From Vicinamibacteria bacterium (lineage in GTDB: Bacteria > Acidobacteriota > Vicinamibacteria > Marinacidobacterales > Marinacidobacteraceae), in contig OZ219816.1 in the NCBI GenBank assembly GCA_964291235.2, forward strand, positions 1,216,001-1,280,000: 64,000 nucleotides of DNA, read 5' to 3'. A program made the translations under genes and the position numbers. Under the pieces are notes generated by a model that saw only the letters and a list, made by a program, of their open reading frames with translations, had not been told where the DNA came from and did not search any database. Below are positions 10,208 through 20,577 of the stretch, piece by piece (within the stretch, counting starts at the first letter, position 1; every line of letters starts with the position of its first letter).

Positions 10208-13200
10208 ATGACGCAACTCGGGTTGCATCCGTCGCAACAAACGTCCTACGACGAACTCCTCCGGGTCATCCGGCGGGTGCGCAGCCGTTGGCGCACAAGG
10301 CGTCTTCTGCTCGGCTTCGCGATGGTGGGTGCGGCGACGGTGCTCGTCGTCGGAGTTTCCTCCGCCGCGATCGACGCGCTGCGATACGCCCCGTGGGTCG
10401 TGCGGAGCCTCCAGGCGCTGACCCTGGTGGCTTTTGGCGCAGCGGTGTGGCGGTTTGCCATTCGACCGCTTCGTTCCCGGGTCAGCGACCAGCAGGTGGC
10501 CCTCTACGTCGAGGAACACGATCCCACGCTTCGGGAAGCGGTGATCAGCGGCGTCGAGCTCGGGCGCGAGGCTTCGGGCGGAGAGGCGCGCAGCAGCGGG
10601 ATTTCGCCGGACCTCACCCGGTTGGTCGTGGAGGAGGCGATTCACCGCCTGGAGACCCTGAATCAGGGCCGCCTGATCGAGACATCCGCCCTCCGGCGGG
10701 CTGCAGGGGTCTTCGCCACCGTGGGCGGGGTGGCCGTCGTGGCGTCGCTGCTGGCTCCTCCCGCGCTCCTCAAGGGAGCTGCGCTGCTGCTGTCGCCCTG
10801 GGGCGACATCACCGGCGCCAACCCCTACCGGGTGCTGGTGGACCCCGGTGACGCGGCCGTCGCGCGCGACTCGGACCGCTGGATCGAGGCGCGTCTCGAC
10901 GGGTTCACGGCGGAACGGGTGGATCTCCGGACCCGGGTCGAGGGCGGCGCCCAGTGGGAATCGATTCCGATGCTCCCCGATCCGGAAGATGGCGCCTTTC
11001 GCCACCTCCTGCTCGGGATCCCCGAAGCAACCGACTACTACGTGGACGCGGACGGGGTGCTGTCCCCGACGTTCCGGATCGAGGTCGAGGATGTCCCCTA
11101 CGTGGCGCGGATCGCACTCCGCTACCGCTATCCCGACCACACCGGACTGAGTCCCCGCGAGGTCGAGGACGGCGGAGACATCGCCGGTGTCGCCGGCACG
11201 GTCATCGAACTGCAAGTCATTCCCACGGTCCCCGCGTCGGCCGGCGTCCTTCGCCTGGAGCCGGGAGCTGTCGAGATTCCGCTCGAGATTGCCGAGGCGC
11301 CCGGAGAGTCGCCATCGGGGGCGGGGGCGGAAGTGCTGACCGCCGCGTTGACGCTCGCCGAGTCGGGGTCCTATCGGGTGGCGCTCGCCGGTCCCGACGG
11401 CAACCTGCGAACCGCCTCGCGGGACTACCTGATCGAGGTCCTCGAGGACCTGCCGCCGCTCGTGCGCTTCCTGCGGCCCGGCCGGGACGCCCAGGCGAAC
11501 CCGGTCGAAGAGGTGTTCACCGAGGTCCTGGCCGAGGATGATTACGCGGTCCGGGGGCTCGAAATACGGGTTTCCGTGAATGGCGGCGAAGAGACGCGCG
11601 AGGTGCTGGCGTCCGGCGGAGCGCGGGACGAGATCCAGTCGGGATACACGCTGTTCCTGGAGGAGCACGACCTGGTCCCGGGCGACCTGGTCTCCTACTA
11701 CGCGGTGGCCCGGGACGGGGCCGGCGCCGAAGCCTCGACGGACATGTTCTTCATCGCGGTGCGGCCGTTCGACCGAACCTATCGGCAGGCTGATGCGATG
11801 CCTGGCGGAGGTGGCGCCGGCGCCGGGGATGGGCTCGACGGGACCCTGACGCTGCGCCAGAAGCAGGTCGTGGTCGCGACGTTCAAGATCCTTCGTGATC
11901 GCGACGGAATGCCGGCGAACGCCGTCACCGAGACCGTCGCCACCATCGGCCTCGCACAGGGGCGCCTCCGCGAACAGGTCGCCACCCTGACGCGGCGTCT
12001 CCAGAATCGCGGGATCGGCGCAAGCGCCGAATTCGGCGAGATCGTGGAGCACCTCGACGCGGGCCTGGTCGAAATGACCGCGGCCGAGGAACTGCTGGTC
12101 GCCGAGCGGCCGGACGACGCACTTCCCCGGGAACAAAAGGCGCTGACCCATTTGCAGCGCGCCGACGCGGTGTTCCGGGATGTCCAGGTCGCCTTCGGAC
12201 AAGGCGGCGGCGGAGGCGGGGGTGGCGGGCCGCCGGCGCAGGCCGAGGACCTCGCGCATCTCTTCGAACTGGAGATGGACAAGCTGCGAAACCAGTACGA
12301 GACGGTGGAACAGCAGCGCCGCTCGTCCGCCGACAACGAGGTGGACGAGGTACTCCAGCGCCTCGCGGAGCTGGCCCGCCGCCAGGAGCAGGAGAACGAA
12401 CGTCTGCGCCGCGGTGTCCGGCAATCGGGCGGGGGCGCCGGGTCGGCACAGAACCAGTTGGCGGCCGAAACCGAGGATGTGGCCCGACGGCTGGAGCGCC
12501 TGGCCCGCGAGCGCTCCCGGCCGGACCTCGCCGCCGTCTCCCGGCGACTCCGGGACGCAGCGCAGGAAATGCGGGCGGCCAGCGGGGGGAACGGCGGGGA
12601 AGGTCTCGAGAGCGGTCTTTCGGCCGCCAATGCGCTGCGCGGAGCGCGCCGCGATCTTGACGGACAGCGGCGCGAGCGGCTCGGACGCGACGTGGACAAC
12701 GCTCTCGCCGAAGTGAAGCGCCTGCGGAGCGCGCAGGACCGGATTCGCTCCGCCGTGCAGGACCTCGAATCGGAGCGGAGCGCCGAGGCGATCGCGCAGA
12801 TTTCGGGAGACAAGCAGGAACTCGCGGGACGTGTCCAGCGGCTGGAGCAGCAACTCGACGAGGTGAGCCGGGACTGGAGCCGGGACGAACCGGAGGCGTC
12901 GCGGGCGGTGGGTGAGGCCGCCGATGGCATCCGCGATCGCAAGCTGAAGGAAAAGATCCACTACTCCCGCGGGGTCGCGGCGGAGCGGTCCACGGACTAT
13001 GCCGACCAGTTCGAAGCGATGATCGAAGGCGATCTGGAAGCGTTGGAGCAGGATCTCGCGGCGGCGCGGGACGCGGTGGAAGGTTCCGACCGCGCGGGCC
13101 GCAACGACGTGCTCGATCGGGCGGCAAACCTTGTCCGGGGGCTCGAGGGACTCAGGAACCGACTCGCGGATCGCGCCGAGCAATCCGGATCCGAGTCGGA

Positions 13201-13675
13201 GTCCGGATCCGAGTCGGCATCGGAATCCGCATCGGAATCCGAAGGCCAGGACACTTCCGGTTCCGGGCAAGAGAGTTCAGGAGAGGGGCAGGGCAGTGGC
13301 GGGCGCGCGGCCGACGGGCGTGAAGCCCGCCAGCTCCAGCGCGAACTCGACCGCCGGGTCCAGGATGCGGAAGCCCTCGGGCGGGAGTTGACCGGGATCG
13401 GCGCGAGCGGCAACCGGGGCGCCGAGCGTCTCGGGCAGGTGGCCTCCGCGCTCCGCGGCCTGAATCCCGAGCGTCTGACGGGAGATCCTCGGGGCATGGA
13501 GATTCTCGAAGCCGAAGTGCTCGACAGTCTCCGTCAGATCGAGTTCGAGCTCCGGCGGGCGCTCGGCGGGGGCGCCGGAGCGGATGTCCTCACCGGGTCC
13601 GACGACCGCGTGCCCGAGGAGTACCGGGAGATGGTGGAGGAGTACTTCCGGGCGCTCAGCCGCCGCCCGACCTAA
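10208..13675 (+). CDS. Large membrane/coiled-coil protein (DUF4175-like)
   Basis: N-terminal TMs, a beta-rich middle, long coiled coils and the C-terminal VPEEYREMVEEYFRALS signature. Confidence 0.75.
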   Translation: MTQLGLHPSQQTSYDELLRVIRRVRSRWRTRRLLLGFAMVGAATVLVVGVSSAAIDALRYAPWVVRSLQALTLVAFGAAVWRFAIRPLRSRVSDQQVALYVEEHDPTLREAVISGVELGREASGGEARSSGISPDLTRLVVEEAIHRLETLNQGRLIETSALRRAAGVFATVGGVAVVASLLAPPALLKGAALLLSPWGDITGANPYRVLVDPGDAAVARDSDRWIEARLDGFTAERVDLRTRVEGGAQWESIPMLPDPEDGAFRHLLLGIPEATDYYVDADGVLSPTFRIEVEDVPYVARIALRYRYPDHTGLSPREVEDGGDIAGVAGTVIELQVIPTVPASAGVLRLEPGAVEIPLEIAEAPGESPSGAGAEVLTAALTLAESGSYRVALAGPDGNLRTASRDYLIEVLEDLPPLVRFLRPGRDAQANPVEEVFTEVLAEDDYAVRGLEIRVSVNGGEETREVLASGGARDEIQSGYTLFLEEHDLVPGDLVSYYAVARDGAGAEASTDMFFIAVRPFDRTYRQADAMPGGGGAGAGDGLDGTLTLRQKQVVVATFKILRDRDGMPANAVTETVATIGLAQGRLREQVATLTRRLQNRGIGASAEFGEIVEHLDAGLVEMTAAEELLVAERPDDALPREQKALTHLQRADAVFRDVQVAFGQGGGGGGGGGPPAQAEDLAHLFELEMDKLRNQYETVEQQRRSSADNEVDEVLQRLAELARRQEQENERLRRGVRQSGGGAGSAQNQLAAETEDVARRLERLARERSRPDLAAVSRRLRDAAQEMRAASGGNGGEGLESGLSAANALRGARRDLDGQRRERLGRDVDNALAEVKRLRSAQDRIRSAVQDLESERSAEAIAQISGDKQELAGRVQRLEQQLDEVSRDWSRDEPEASRAVGEAADGIRDRKLKEKIHYSRGVAAERSTDYADQFEAMIEGDLEALEQDLAAARDAVEGSDRAGRNDVLDRAANLVRGLEGLRNRLADRAEQSGSESESGSESASESASESEGQDTSGSGQESSGEGQGSGGRAADGREARQLQRELDRRVQDAEALGRELTGIGASGNRGAERLGQVASALRGLNPERLTGDPRGMEILEAEVLDSLRQIEFELRRALGGGAGADVLTGSDDRVPEEYREMVEEYFRALSRRPT

Positions 13676-13696
13676 GCGCCGGCGCCGGTCGGGCCC

Positions 13697-15070
13697 CTAC
13701 CGCCGCGCGGTCGGGAACACCACCACACTCTCGTTCCCGTCGGAAGCCACCGAGGCGACGCCGAAGAGGTAGTTGTCGATCACCAGGTTTTCGAACACGT
13801 ACTCCGTCACCTCCCCCACGAACCGCGAGTGCTCCCACTGCGGCGCGGTGGTGTCCCGCCAATAGACGCGGTACCCGGCGAGGTCCGCCGAGGACGCCGG
13901 ATCCCACGACAGGACGGCGGAGGCTCGCACCGCGCCCGCGATCCCGACATTCGGGGGCGGGGCGGGGGCCCAGGCCAGCCCGGCGAGGCTGATCACGTTC
14001 ACGCCGGTCAACTTCGCGGCGTACGCGAAGTTGACCCCCTCGATCACATCCCCGTATTCGATCCCGTCTTCCACCCGGAGATCCTGGTGCTGGCGCCGGT
14101 AGTTCTCGTGGGTTTCCATGATGCGGACGCCGGGAAACCCGGCGTCATTGAACGGGCGATGGTGGCCGCCGCGTCCGAACCGGTCGAGGCGGTAGATCAG
14201 CTTGGCCTCCAGGTTCGGGATGTAGAGGTCCGTCATCCGCGCCACGTAGCGCGCGAGTTGACGCGAGACTCCGTCCACTTCACCGCCGGTGACTCGTCTC
14301 CGCCGGCGCGCCTCTTCGGTTTCGGTCACCGGGGTGGGCTCCGAGAACACCCGGAAGACATCGTTGCGGATGACTCCGTCCACCCCTTCGATGTTCCCGA
14401 TCATGTCGTTGTTCAGCACGGCCTCGATGTCCCAGCCTTCTTCGACCGCGACGCTCGCCATGTGCCGGCCGCCGTAGAGCCCCTGTTCTTCGCCGGAAAG
14501 GCCGGCCAGGATGATGGTGGCGGGGAACGAGCCGGCGTATCGGCTCAGCACCCGGGCCGCCTCGATCGCGCCCGCCATTCCGCTCGCGTTGTCGTTGGCG
14601 CCGGGTGAGTCGTCGGTGAAGTTGTTCGAGTCGGAGATTCGGCTGTCGATGTCGCCGGACATGATCACGTAGCGGTTCGGTTCGGTAGCGCCCCGAATGG
14701 TCGCGAGGACGTTGACCACCTCGGTGTCCACCGGGATGCGGCTCCCCTCCCGGCCCGGAACCACCGTCCGCTGATAGGAGACCTCGAGGCATCCCCCGCA
14801 GGCATCGGAGATCAGGGTGAATTCCGCGTGAATCCAGCGCCTTGCGGCACCGATGCCGCGGGTTTCGCTCTCGGTGTCGGAGAGGGTGTGACGGGTGCCG
14901 AAGTCCACCAGGGTGCGGATGTCGGATTCGATGCGTTCCGCGGAAACCTCCTTCAGGAGGTCGTACATGCGGGGATCCCGCCCCGGCGGTTCGCCAGGCT
15001 GGGCCATCCCCGCGACCGGCGCGGCGAGGAGGAGGAGGCAGCAGGCGACGGGACGGAGGCGCTCAAGCAT
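13697..15070 (-). CDS. M28 family metallopeptidase with C-terminal Fn3-like domain
   Basis: Signal peptide from MLERLRP, SPGANDNASG, GEEQGLYG, LNNDMIGN, GGHHRPF. The start was moved from the ORF-track start because that overlaps the next gene. Confidence 0.85.
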   Translation of the reverse strand: MLERLRPVACCLLLLAAPVAGMAQPGEPPGRDPRMYDLLKEVSAERIESDIRTLVDFGTRHTLSDTESETRGIGAARRWIHAEFTLISDACGGCLEVSYQRTVVPGREGSRIPVDTEVVNVLATIRGATEPNRYVIMSGDIDSRISDSNNFTDDSPGANDNASGMAGAIEAARVLSRYAGSFPATIILAGLSGEEQGLYGGRHMASVAVEEGWDIEAVLNNDMIGNIEGVDGVIRNDVFRVFSEPTPVTETEEARRRRRVTGGEVDGVSRQLARYVARMTDLYIPNLEAKLIYRLDRFGRGGHHRPFNDAGFPGVRIMETHENYRRQHQDLRVEDGIEYGDVIEGVNFAYAAKLTGVNVISLAGLAWAPAPPPNVGIAGAVRASAVLSWDPASSADLAGYRVYWRDTTAPQWEHSRFVGEVTEYVFENLVIDNYLFGVASVASDGNESVVVFPTARR

Positions 15071-15123
15071 GGCCGGGGTTTGTATCACCGCCGCCCGCGC
15101 GGGCCGGCGGGTTGGCCGCCCTC

Positions 15124-15624
15124 TCAACCGGAAGAAGTGTGGTCGTGGGAAATCTTCCAGCCGTCTCCGGTCCGTTCGAAGAGCAGGGTGAAAAGCCCGG
15201 TGGGGGCGTCGTTTCGCCGCTCGAGGTTGTAGCGCCCGAAGACAAAGACGAATTCGTCGGAGAGCACGCGGACGTCGAGGTCGGTGAACGTCAGCGTTCC
15301 CATGGCGGCGCGATCCGGATACGTCCGCCGGTACCGCTCGAGCACGTCCTCGGTCCCGTAACGAACGCTCCCTCCCGACACGAACCGCATCCGCGGGGAC
15401 TCCAGGTAATCCGCGACGAAGGTAACCAGATCCCCCTCGTTCCAGGCGCCGGACTGCCGCTCCATCAGGGAGCGGACGTCGGCCTCGATGGCGGCCGCAG
15501 CTTCCGGCGTGACCGCTTCGCGCTCCTCTTCGGGCGCATCGGGAGCGGGAGCGGAGTCCGGCGGCGGCGCGCAGGCGCCGGAGAGCAGGATCGATATTCC
15601 GAGAGAGATCGCGTGTTTCCGCAT
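15124..15624 (-). CDS. NTF2-like (DUF4440/SnoaL) lipoprotein
   Basis: Lipobox LSGAC, AWNEGDLVTFVADY and GWKISHDHTS. Confidence 0.8.
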   Translation of the reverse strand: MRKHAISLGISILLSGACAPPPDSAPAPDAPEEEREAVTPEAAAAIEADVRSLMERQSGAWNEGDLVTFVADYLESPRMRFVSGGSVRYGTEDVLERYRRTYPDRAAMGTLTFTDLDVRVLSDEFVFVFGRYNLERRNDAPTGLFTLLFERTGDGWKISHDHTSSG

Positions 15625-15686
15625 CCGGCGCATGGTAGCGACCGGGCTGCGCGCTACGATCAACTGGCATCAGGAGGCGAGAGCGA

Positions 15687-16778
15687 ATGGCGTTTTATGA
15701 CAATCCCGGGGGCAACGGACCCTGGTCGGGACTCGGCGGGGAAGGCCCCGCCATGCCCGATCTGGAGAGCCTGTTGCGGCGCTTCGGCAAGAGTGCGCGG
15801 CAGACGGCCCTCCGGGTCGGCGCGGGGGTCTTGGTGGTGATCCTGTTCTTCATGTCGGTCTATCAGGTACAGCCGGAGGAGGTGGGAGTGGTCACCCGCT
15901 TTGGACGCTACGCGCGGGTGAGCGCTTCGGGGCTGCACTTCATCGTGCCGTTTCTCGAGTCGGTGACCAAGGTGCCGGTGGGGCGGCAGCTCAAGGAGGA
16001 GTTCGGCTTCCGGACCGTCGAAGCCGGGGTGCGGACCACCTACGACGACCGCCAGTTCCTCGAGGAGTCGCTCATGCTCACCGGCGATCTGAACGTCGCC
16101 GTCGTCGAATGGATCGTCCAGTTCAAGGTGCAGGATCCGAGGGCCTACCTCTTCAACGTGCGGGAGATCCGCTCCACCTTTCGCGACATGAGCGAGGCCG
16201 CCATGCGCGACGTGGTGGGGGATCACAGCGTGGATGAGGTCCTCACCGTCGGCCGCGAGCGGATGGCGGCGCTGGCCAAGGATCTCCTCCAGGATCTGAG
16301 CGACCGCTACGAGACCGGGATCAGCGTCCAGCAACTGGTCCTCCAGGACGTGAATCCTCCGGATGCGGTGAAGCCCTCCTTCAACGAGGTCAACGAGGCC
16401 ATTCAGGAGAAGGAAAGGCTCACGAACGAAGCGCTGGCTGAATACAACCAGGCGATTCCGCGTGCCCGCGGTGACGCCGAACGGCTGATCCAGGAGGCCG
16501 AGGGGTACGCCGCCGAGCGGGTCAACCGGTCTCGCGGCGAGGCCTCACGCTTCGAGGCAATTTACGCGGAGTACCGCAACGCCCCCCGGGTGACCCGGTC
16601 GCGGATGTATCTCGAAACCCTTTCCGAGGTGATGCCGAAACTCGGGCAGAAGGTGATCCTGGACGAGAGCGGAGCGAACATCCTGCCGCTCCTCAATTTG
16701 AACGGGCAACGTCGCCAGCAGCCCAATCCCGGGGCGCCCCCTCCGAATCAGGATCCGGGACGGGAGGACTCGAGATGA
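15687..16778 (+). CDS. hflK: FtsH protease modulator HflK
   Basis: SPFH domain, MLTGDLN, LQDVNPP, YNQAIPRARG and VTRSRMYLET. Confidence 0.95.
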   Translation: MAFYDNPGGNGPWSGLGGEGPAMPDLESLLRRFGKSARQTALRVGAGVLVVILFFMSVYQVQPEEVGVVTRFGRYARVSASGLHFIVPFLESVTKVPVGRQLKEEFGFRTVEAGVRTTYDDRQFLEESLMLTGDLNVAVVEWIVQFKVQDPRAYLFNVREIRSTFRDMSEAAMRDVVGDHSVDEVLTVGRERMAALAKDLLQDLSDRYETGISVQQLVLQDVNPPDAVKPSFNEVNEAIQEKERLTNEALAEYNQAIPRARGDAERLIQEAEGYAAERVNRSRGEASRFEAIYAEYRNAPRVTRSRMYLETLSEVMPKLGQKVILDESGANILPLLNLNGQRRQQPNPGAPPPNQDPGREDSR

Positions 16779-17704
16779 AGCGCGCGGCGCCGGTCCTCGG
16801 GACCCTACTCGGCCTCGTCGCCTTCTTCTCGGCAACCTACACGATCAACGAGACGGAACAGGCCATCATCACCCAGTTCGGGGAGCCCGTGGGCGGCGCG
16901 GTGAACGAGCCGGGCCTCCACTTCAAGCTTCCCTTCATCCAGCGGGTGACCCGCTTCGACCAGCGTTGGCTGCCCTGGGATGGGGACGCCAACCAGATCA
17001 CCACCCGGGACAAGAAGTTCATCTGGGTGGACACCTACGCGCGCTGGCGGATTTCCGACCCGCTGCTGTTCTTCCAGTCGGTTCGCGACGAGCTGGGAGC
17101 GCAGAGCCGCCTCGACGACATCATCGACGGAGAAACCCGCAATGCGGTGGCGACCTACGACCTCATCGAGATCGTGCGCATCACCAACCGCGAGTTCGAG
17201 ATAACCGAGGATCTCATGTCCTTCGCCAACGAAGAAGTCGTCGGGGACATCGAGTTCGGCCGTAACGCCATCACTCGCAGCATCCTCGAAAAGGCATCGG
17301 ACGTGACCCCCAACTTCGGAATCGAGCTGGTGGACGTGCGGATCAAGCGCGTCAACTACGTCGAGGAGGTCCGGGCCAAGGTGTACGAACGGATGATCTC
17401 GGAGCGCCAGCGGATTGCCGAGCGGAGCCGTTCCGAGGGCCAGGGGCGAGCGGCTGAAGTCCGTGGCCAACGCGAGCGGGAGCTGAAGACCATCGAATCC
17501 GAGGCCTTCCGTCAGGCCGAGGAAATTCGTGGCCGGGCCGACGCGGAAGCCTCGGCGATCTACGCCAGTGCCTACCAGCGGGACGCTGACTTCTACCGGT
17601 TCATGAAGTCGCTCGAGACCTACCGCACGGCGCTCGACGACGGGGTCACCCTGGTCATCGGCAGCGACAGCGAGTTCCTCGATTTCCTCCGTCGGTCCCG
17701 GTAG
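16775..17704 (+). CDS. hflC: FtsH protease modulator HflC
   Basis: TQFGEP..PGLHFKLPFIQ, VDVRIKR, YERMISERQRIA and DFYRFMKSLETY; overlaps hflK. Confidence 0.95.
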   Translation: MKRAAPVLGTLLGLVAFFSATYTINETEQAIITQFGEPVGGAVNEPGLHFKLPFIQRVTRFDQRWLPWDGDANQITTRDKKFIWVDTYARWRISDPLLFFQSVRDELGAQSRLDDIIDGETRNAVATYDLIEIVRITNREFEITEDLMSFANEEVVGDIEFGRNAITRSILEKASDVTPNFGIELVDVRIKRVNYVEEVRAKVYERMISERQRIAERSRSEGQGRAAEVRGQRERELKTIESEAFRQAEEIRGRADAEASAIYASAYQRDADFYRFMKSLETYRTALDDGVTLVIGSDSEFLDFLRRSR

Positions 17705-17717
17705 GACCGAGCCCCTT

Positions 17718-17742
17718 CTCCCGGGCCGCCGTGGCCCGGGAG
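17718..17742 (+). terminator. GC-rich hairpin after hflC
   Basis: CTCCCGGGCC-GCCGT-GGCCCGGGAG, a 10-bp stem without a clear U-tract. Confidence 0.4.
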
Positions 17743-17849
17743 GAGGCGGGTGGAATTCGTCCGGTGGCGCCCGCCGCATTGCCGCCTCGGCGGGGTTTCC
17801 GTCATCATTGCGAGCCGCACTCCTCTTTCCGCAAAGGTTGCATTCCAAA

Positions 17850-20414
17850 ATGAAGACGAAATTCCGTTCCCGCCTCGCCTTCCGGTCGGCGCTGGTGTTG
17901 CTGGTAGCCGCCTTTACGGCGGCGCCCGTGTTCTCCCAGGACGCGCCGCCCACCATCGAAGAGAAGACCTCCGGGATGGAGCCGATTTCCGGGTTCGTGC
18001 CGCTCTTCTGGGACGAGCGCACGGGGCACCTGTTCGCCGAGTTCGCAGAAATGGACGAGGAGTTCCTCTATTCGGTTTCGGCGGCTTCCGGCCTGGGCAG
18101 CAACCCGATCGGGCTGGATCGGGGACAGATCAGCCGGCGCGCCATCCTCAAGCCGATTCGGGTCGGCCCGCGGGTGCTGCTCATGGAACCCAACTACCGC
18201 TTCCGTGCCGTCAGCGACAACCCCGACGAGGTGCGCGCGGTACAGGACGCCTTCGCCCCCTCGGTGCACTGGGGCTTCCAGGTGGTGGCGGAAACCGGAG
18301 AGCGGGTCCTCGTGGACATGACCGACTTCTTCCTGCGGGACGCCCACGGTTCCGCAGCGCGGATCCAGCGCGCCGGGCAGGGGACCTACCGGCTGGACCG
18401 GGACCGGAGTGTCTTCTACCTGCCGAACATCAAGGGCTTCCCCGACAACACCGAAGTGGAGACGATGCTGACGTTCACGAGCGACCAGCCCGGGCGGCTG
18501 GTAACCGGCGTCGCCGCCAGCGGGGACGCGGTGACCCTGCGGCACCACCATTCGCTCGTGCGGCTGCCGGGACCGGGTTTCGAGGTCCGGGTGGCCGACC
18601 CCCGCATCGGGGTGAACGGCCCCACCTACATGGACTACGCGACCCCGATCGACCAGCCCATGACGGTGCGGCTGACCGCCCGCCACCGGCTTGAGAAGGT
18701 TGATCCCACCGCGGAACGTTCGGAGGTCGTGGAACCGATCGTGTACTACCTCGACCGCGGCGTCCCCGAGCCGGTGCGCACCGCGCTCCTCGAGGGCGCC
18801 CGCTGGTGGGCCGAGGCCTTCGAGGCGGCCGGATTCATCGATGCCTATCGGGTCGAAGTGCTGCCGGAGGGAGCCGACGCCCAGGACATCCGCTACAACA
18901 TGATCCACTGGACGCATCGCCGCACCCGCGGCTGGTCGTACGGGGGAGGGGTCCAGGATCCGCGAACCGGGGAGATCATCAAGGGCAACGTGAACCTGGG
19001 TAGCCTGCGGCTCCGCCAGGACCACCTCCACGGGGTGGGTCTGGTGGCGCCTTTCGACGGGGCCTCCGGCGCTCCTCCCGCCGGGCTGCCGCCGGATCCG
19101 GACGGACCCCACTCCTGCGGGCTCTCCGCCGCCCCGGGCTTTTCCTATCTGGCCCAGGTGGGCGAGGGCGCGTCGCCGGTGGACCTGGCACTCGCCCGGG
19201 TCGCCCAGCTTTCCGCCCACGAAGTCGGGCACACGCTCGGCTTTCCGCACAACTACATGAGTTCGACCTACGGCGGCCGGGCCAGCGTCATGGACTACCC
19301 GGCGCCGCTCGCGGTCCTCGAGGACGGCGTGGTGAAGCTGGATGACGCCTACGGGGTCGGGGTGGGCTCCTACGACATCCTGTCCGTTCGCTGGGCCTAC
19401 GGACAGTTCTCGCCGGAGGAGACCGCCGCGGCGCTCGACGCCATCATGCAGGAAGGGCTGATGTCCGAGACGCGGTTCATGGCCCACACCGACAACTACA
19501 TCGGCGCGGGCGCCCATCCGCTCGCCTCCGTCTGGGACAACGGCCAGGACCTGGTCCGGCACCTGGGACGCGAAATCGAGATCCGCCAGGCCGGGCTCGA
19601 CGCGTTCGGGGAAAACGTCATCCGGCCGGGCGAGGCCATGTCACTGCTCGAGCCCGTGCTGGTTCCGCTCTACCTGCACCACCGCTTCCAGATGAAGGCG
19701 GCGCTGAACACCGTCGGCGGCCAGGAGTACTACTACGCGGTGCGGGGTGACGGACAGCGACCGGTCGCGTCCGTTCCGGGAAGCCGCCAGCGGGAGGCGC
19801 TCGACATCGTCCTCCAGACGCTCGAAACCGACTTCCTGGCGCTGCCGGAACGGATCATCGAGATGATCCCTCCGCCCGCCTACCGGGAAGCCGGTGGCGA
19901 GACCTTCGACGGCAACACCGGCCTGGTATTCGACCCGCTCGCGGCCGCGGACACCTCGGCTGACTACACGGTGGAGCTCCTGCTCCACCCGGAGCGGATG
20001 GCGCGGCTCGTGAACAATCACGCCCTGGATCCCGACCAACCCGGACTCGCGGAAGTGCTGGATCGACTGGTCGAAGAGACCTGGGGCGCCGCGGAGCCGG
20101 AGGGCAGCTACCGGCGGGCGGTGCAGGACGCCGCCGAGCGGAGCGTCCTGAACGGCATGATGCGCGAGGCGATGAACCCGGACAACCCGGCGCGGGTGCG
20201 GGCGGTCCTCGAGGATCGGCTCATGGCCCTCGGGGGAACGCTCGGTGACATGGACGGTAGAACGCCTCACGAGACGTTGGCCGCCGCCGACATCCACCGG
20301 TTCGCCAACCGCGACGAGAGCCTCGACCCGAACGCCAGCCGTCCGGAGCGGCCGCCGGGATCGCCCATCGGGGGCGCGAGCGCTTCCGGGACGCGGAGGG
20401 TTCCGGGTCGCTGA
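17850..20414 (+). CDS. Secreted zinc-dependent metalloprotease (metzincin; DUF5117/DUF4953-type)
   Basis: Signal peptide, HEVGHTLGFPH zinc motif and Met-turn ASVMDYP. Confidence 0.9.
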   Translation: MKTKFRSRLAFRSALVLLVAAFTAAPVFSQDAPPTIEEKTSGMEPISGFVPLFWDERTGHLFAEFAEMDEEFLYSVSAASGLGSNPIGLDRGQISRRAILKPIRVGPRVLLMEPNYRFRAVSDNPDEVRAVQDAFAPSVHWGFQVVAETGERVLVDMTDFFLRDAHGSAARIQRAGQGTYRLDRDRSVFYLPNIKGFPDNTEVETMLTFTSDQPGRLVTGVAASGDAVTLRHHHSLVRLPGPGFEVRVADPRIGVNGPTYMDYATPIDQPMTVRLTARHRLEKVDPTAERSEVVEPIVYYLDRGVPEPVRTALLEGARWWAEAFEAAGFIDAYRVEVLPEGADAQDIRYNMIHWTHRRTRGWSYGGGVQDPRTGEIIKGNVNLGSLRLRQDHLHGVGLVAPFDGASGAPPAGLPPDPDGPHSCGLSAAPGFSYLAQVGEGASPVDLALARVAQLSAHEVGHTLGFPHNYMSSTYGGRASVMDYPAPLAVLEDGVVKLDDAYGVGVGSYDILSVRWAYGQFSPEETAAALDAIMQEGLMSETRFMAHTDNYIGAGAHPLASVWDNGQDLVRHLGREIEIRQAGLDAFGENVIRPGEAMSLLEPVLVPLYLHHRFQMKAALNTVGGQEYYYAVRGDGQRPVASVPGSRQREALDIVLQTLETDFLALPERIIEMIPPPAYREAGGETFDGNTGLVFDPLAAADTSADYTVELLLHPERMARLVNNHALDPDQPGLAEVLDRLVEETWGAAEPEGSYRRAVQDAAERSVLNGMMREAMNPDNPARVRAVLEDRLMALGGTLGDMDGRTPHETLAAADIHRFANRDESLDPNASRPERPPGSPIGGASASGTRRVPGR

Positions 20415-20420
20415 CCCCGC

Positions 20421-20460
20421 GGAGCGGCGAGTTCGGCTTGACTCGCCGCTCCCGGTTTCT
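20421..20460 (+). terminator. Intrinsic terminator-like hairpin
   Basis: GGAGCGGCGAGT-(8 nt)-ACTCGCCGCTCC, a 12-bp perfect stem followed by CGGTTTCTT, just after the stop codon. Confidence 0.65.
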
Positions 20461-20465
20461 TGTCC

Positions 20466-20563
20466 GGATTCTGCATACTTCCGCGGTAGAGATCGACGCA
20501 GACTGGTTCTCCGCTCGGCGGGAATCCCACCAGCCTTGACGTCGCACGGGCACGGGAGCCCCC
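20466..20563 (-). repeat. Terminal module plus start of an inverted REP-like unit, interrupted by IS110
   Basis: Homologous to 46200-46290 and to the reverse complements of 22740-22823 and 53618-53687; continues at 22102 after the IS. Confidence 0.8.
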
Positions 20564-20565
20564 TA

Positions 20566-20571
20566 TAGGAT
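20566..20571 (+). promoter_or_regulatory. -10 box (TAGGAT) of the circle-junction promoter; the -35 (TTGCGT) is at 22081-22086
   Basis: Joining the right and left ends through one CC gives TTGCGT-17 bp-TAGGAT. Confidence 0.6.
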
Positions 20572-20577
20572 CGGCGA

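Noticed and set aside
13183-13243. Short TCCGGATCCGAGTCGG repeats
   Set aside because: They encode a low-complexity Ser/Glu linker within the DUF4175-like protein.
6070-13270. Very long antisense ORFs (1123 aa and 1028 aa) and similar shadows elsewhere
   Set aside because: They lie opposite well-supported genes and have no motifs; this is expected in high-GC DNA with few stop codons.
20536-20571. In-place promoter TTGACG ... TATAGG/TAGGAT for the bridge RNA
   Set aside because: The spacing is 22-24 bp, too long for sigma70; the circle junction gives 17 bp.
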